64,000 nucleotides of DNA from Octopus vulgaris (Eukaryota). Below the pieces are notes generated by a model. That model did no database searches. It was not told where the DNA came from and saw only the letters and a list, made by a program, of their open reading frames with translations. Position numbers and translations under genes: made by a program. Shown here piece after piece: positions 62,620 through 64,000 of the stretch (position 1 is the stretch's first letter; every line of letters starts with the position of its first letter). The stretch is taken from positions 72,106,001-72,170,000 of the forward strand of contig OX597824.1 of NCBI GenBank assembly GCA_951406725.2. Reading direction: 5' to 3'.

Positions 62620-63300
62620 AACACCGTGTAATGCCAATCAGTATAGTCCTTCATCATGTCCTTTGTGAAGTGCAATGTCTTGAAATTAGTCTTCACTTCA
62701 TCATTCCAAGTTTTTCTCAGTGTCTCTCATCCACAGGTTCCATTCACTTTCTATGTATGACATTTGTATAGTTGTCCTCCTCCATATACATCATTTATCT
62801 GTATCAGTGCAGTCTTTTCTACATATTACATTCAGTTCTTCTTATGATCAGTTTTTCTTTCAGCTCATTTGTTCTCTTGTCGTTCATGTACATCATACTA
62901 CACATTCAGCAAATTACGCTTGCTTCATTTCTCTTCAGTCATCACATTTGCTGCATTCAAAGTTCATGTTTCATGAACATCCAGTATCACACATCGTACA
63001 CAAACATCACACAATCTACCCTCCACTTTGCTGGAAAAGCTTTTGTTGCTAGCAGAATAATAACTATCTGTACTTTTTCTATTTTCCACCATGACTACTG
63101 TGCTTTCAGATCATCCCTTCTACTGCTAGTTATGTCACCTAGGTAACAAAAACAGTCAACCATATGTAGAGCCCTCCAGGCACTTGATAGAATCTATGAA
63201 TCTATTTTTCTTGAGTCCTCAGTGCTTATTGTTCTGGTGTATCTTCTGTGTATGTAGCCTGCTTTCTCTGTTAACCTGCCTGTGATCCTACTACATCCCA
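62620..63300 (-). mobile_element. Degenerate RTE-like LINE fragment
   Basis: Minus-strand remnants resembling FCYLGD and RKTW..EVKT motifs; heavily decayed. Confidence 0.45.
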
Positions 63301-63675
63301 TACATCCATATTATACTGGGTACCTCATATGGACTTCCTACTTTATTTCTATATATCAAACATGGCCACCACTGCCACCACCACCACCACCACCACTTAA
63401 CAACTGGTGCCGATGTGTTTATGTCCCTGTAACTTAGTGGATCAGCAAAATGGACTTTTGAAAAATAAGTACTGGAGTTGATACATTTGACTAAAAATTC
63501 CTCAAGGCAGTGCTCCAGCATAGCCACAGTCTAATGACTGAAATAAGTAAAAGATAAAGATGGATAGATAGATATATGGATGGACAGACGGACAGATATT
63601 TGTGGATTAATAAGACCTTGTTAATCCACAAATAAACCCAATTTTTGATACTAGGTTTTGTGTGTATATGTGTGT

Positions 63676-63985
63676 ATATCACGTGATCACGTGACCGACC
63701 AGACCATCAGATGTTGTTACACATCGCTGGTCACAATGCGTTCGCATTGTTTTAGCCTTTTGAATGATGCCACCCTGCTGGCTAAGCGAGCAGGCCAACA
63801 GAAGAAAGAGTGGGAGAAAGAGTGGTGAAAGAGTACAGCAGGGATCACCACCCCCTGCCGGAGCCTCGTGGAGCTTTTAAGTGTTTTCGCTCAATAAACA
63901 CACACAACGCCCAGTCTGGGGATCGAAACCGCGATCCTCTGACCGCGAGTTCGCTGCCCTAACCACTGGGCCATTGCACCTCCAC
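63676..63985 (-). mobile_element. SINE with C head and a third tail type
   Basis: C head 63800-63985 joined to a tail ending ggtcggtcacgtgatcacgtgat. Confidence 0.8.
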
Positions 63986-64000
63986 GTGTGTGTATATATG

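Overview
This is AT-rich, microsatellite-dense animal DNA. The SINE/LINE/MITE repertoire and the (TA)n/(CA)n/(AAT)n load point to an octopus-type cephalopod genome (inference). Nearly all of the window is intronic or intergenic transposon landscape. One host coding exon is recognisable: a 70-nt calponin-homology exon (23174-23243, +) of an LMO7/LIMCH1-type gene. The remainder comprises tRNA-derived SINEs built from interchangeable heads and tails; LINE 3' fragments (RTE, CR1-group, R4/Dong, Tx1/L1-like), two of which share tails with local SINEs; a decayed Penelope element; mariner relics; Helitrons, one with STPR-like repeats; piggyBac/hAT/Tc1-type MITEs; and a foldback MITE family with 8-bp TSDs and telomeric repeats. 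The most striking object is a 460-bp insertion (27483-27942). It is about 1.3 circularly permuted copies of a 354-nt structured unit, contains a type I hammerhead motif and is flanked by a 12-bp TSD, so it is a candidate retrozyme or circular-RNA-derived insertion. SINE family labels A-D, G and J are my own. Family assignments come from motif recognition, not database searches. Most ORF-track entries are microsatellite artefacts.
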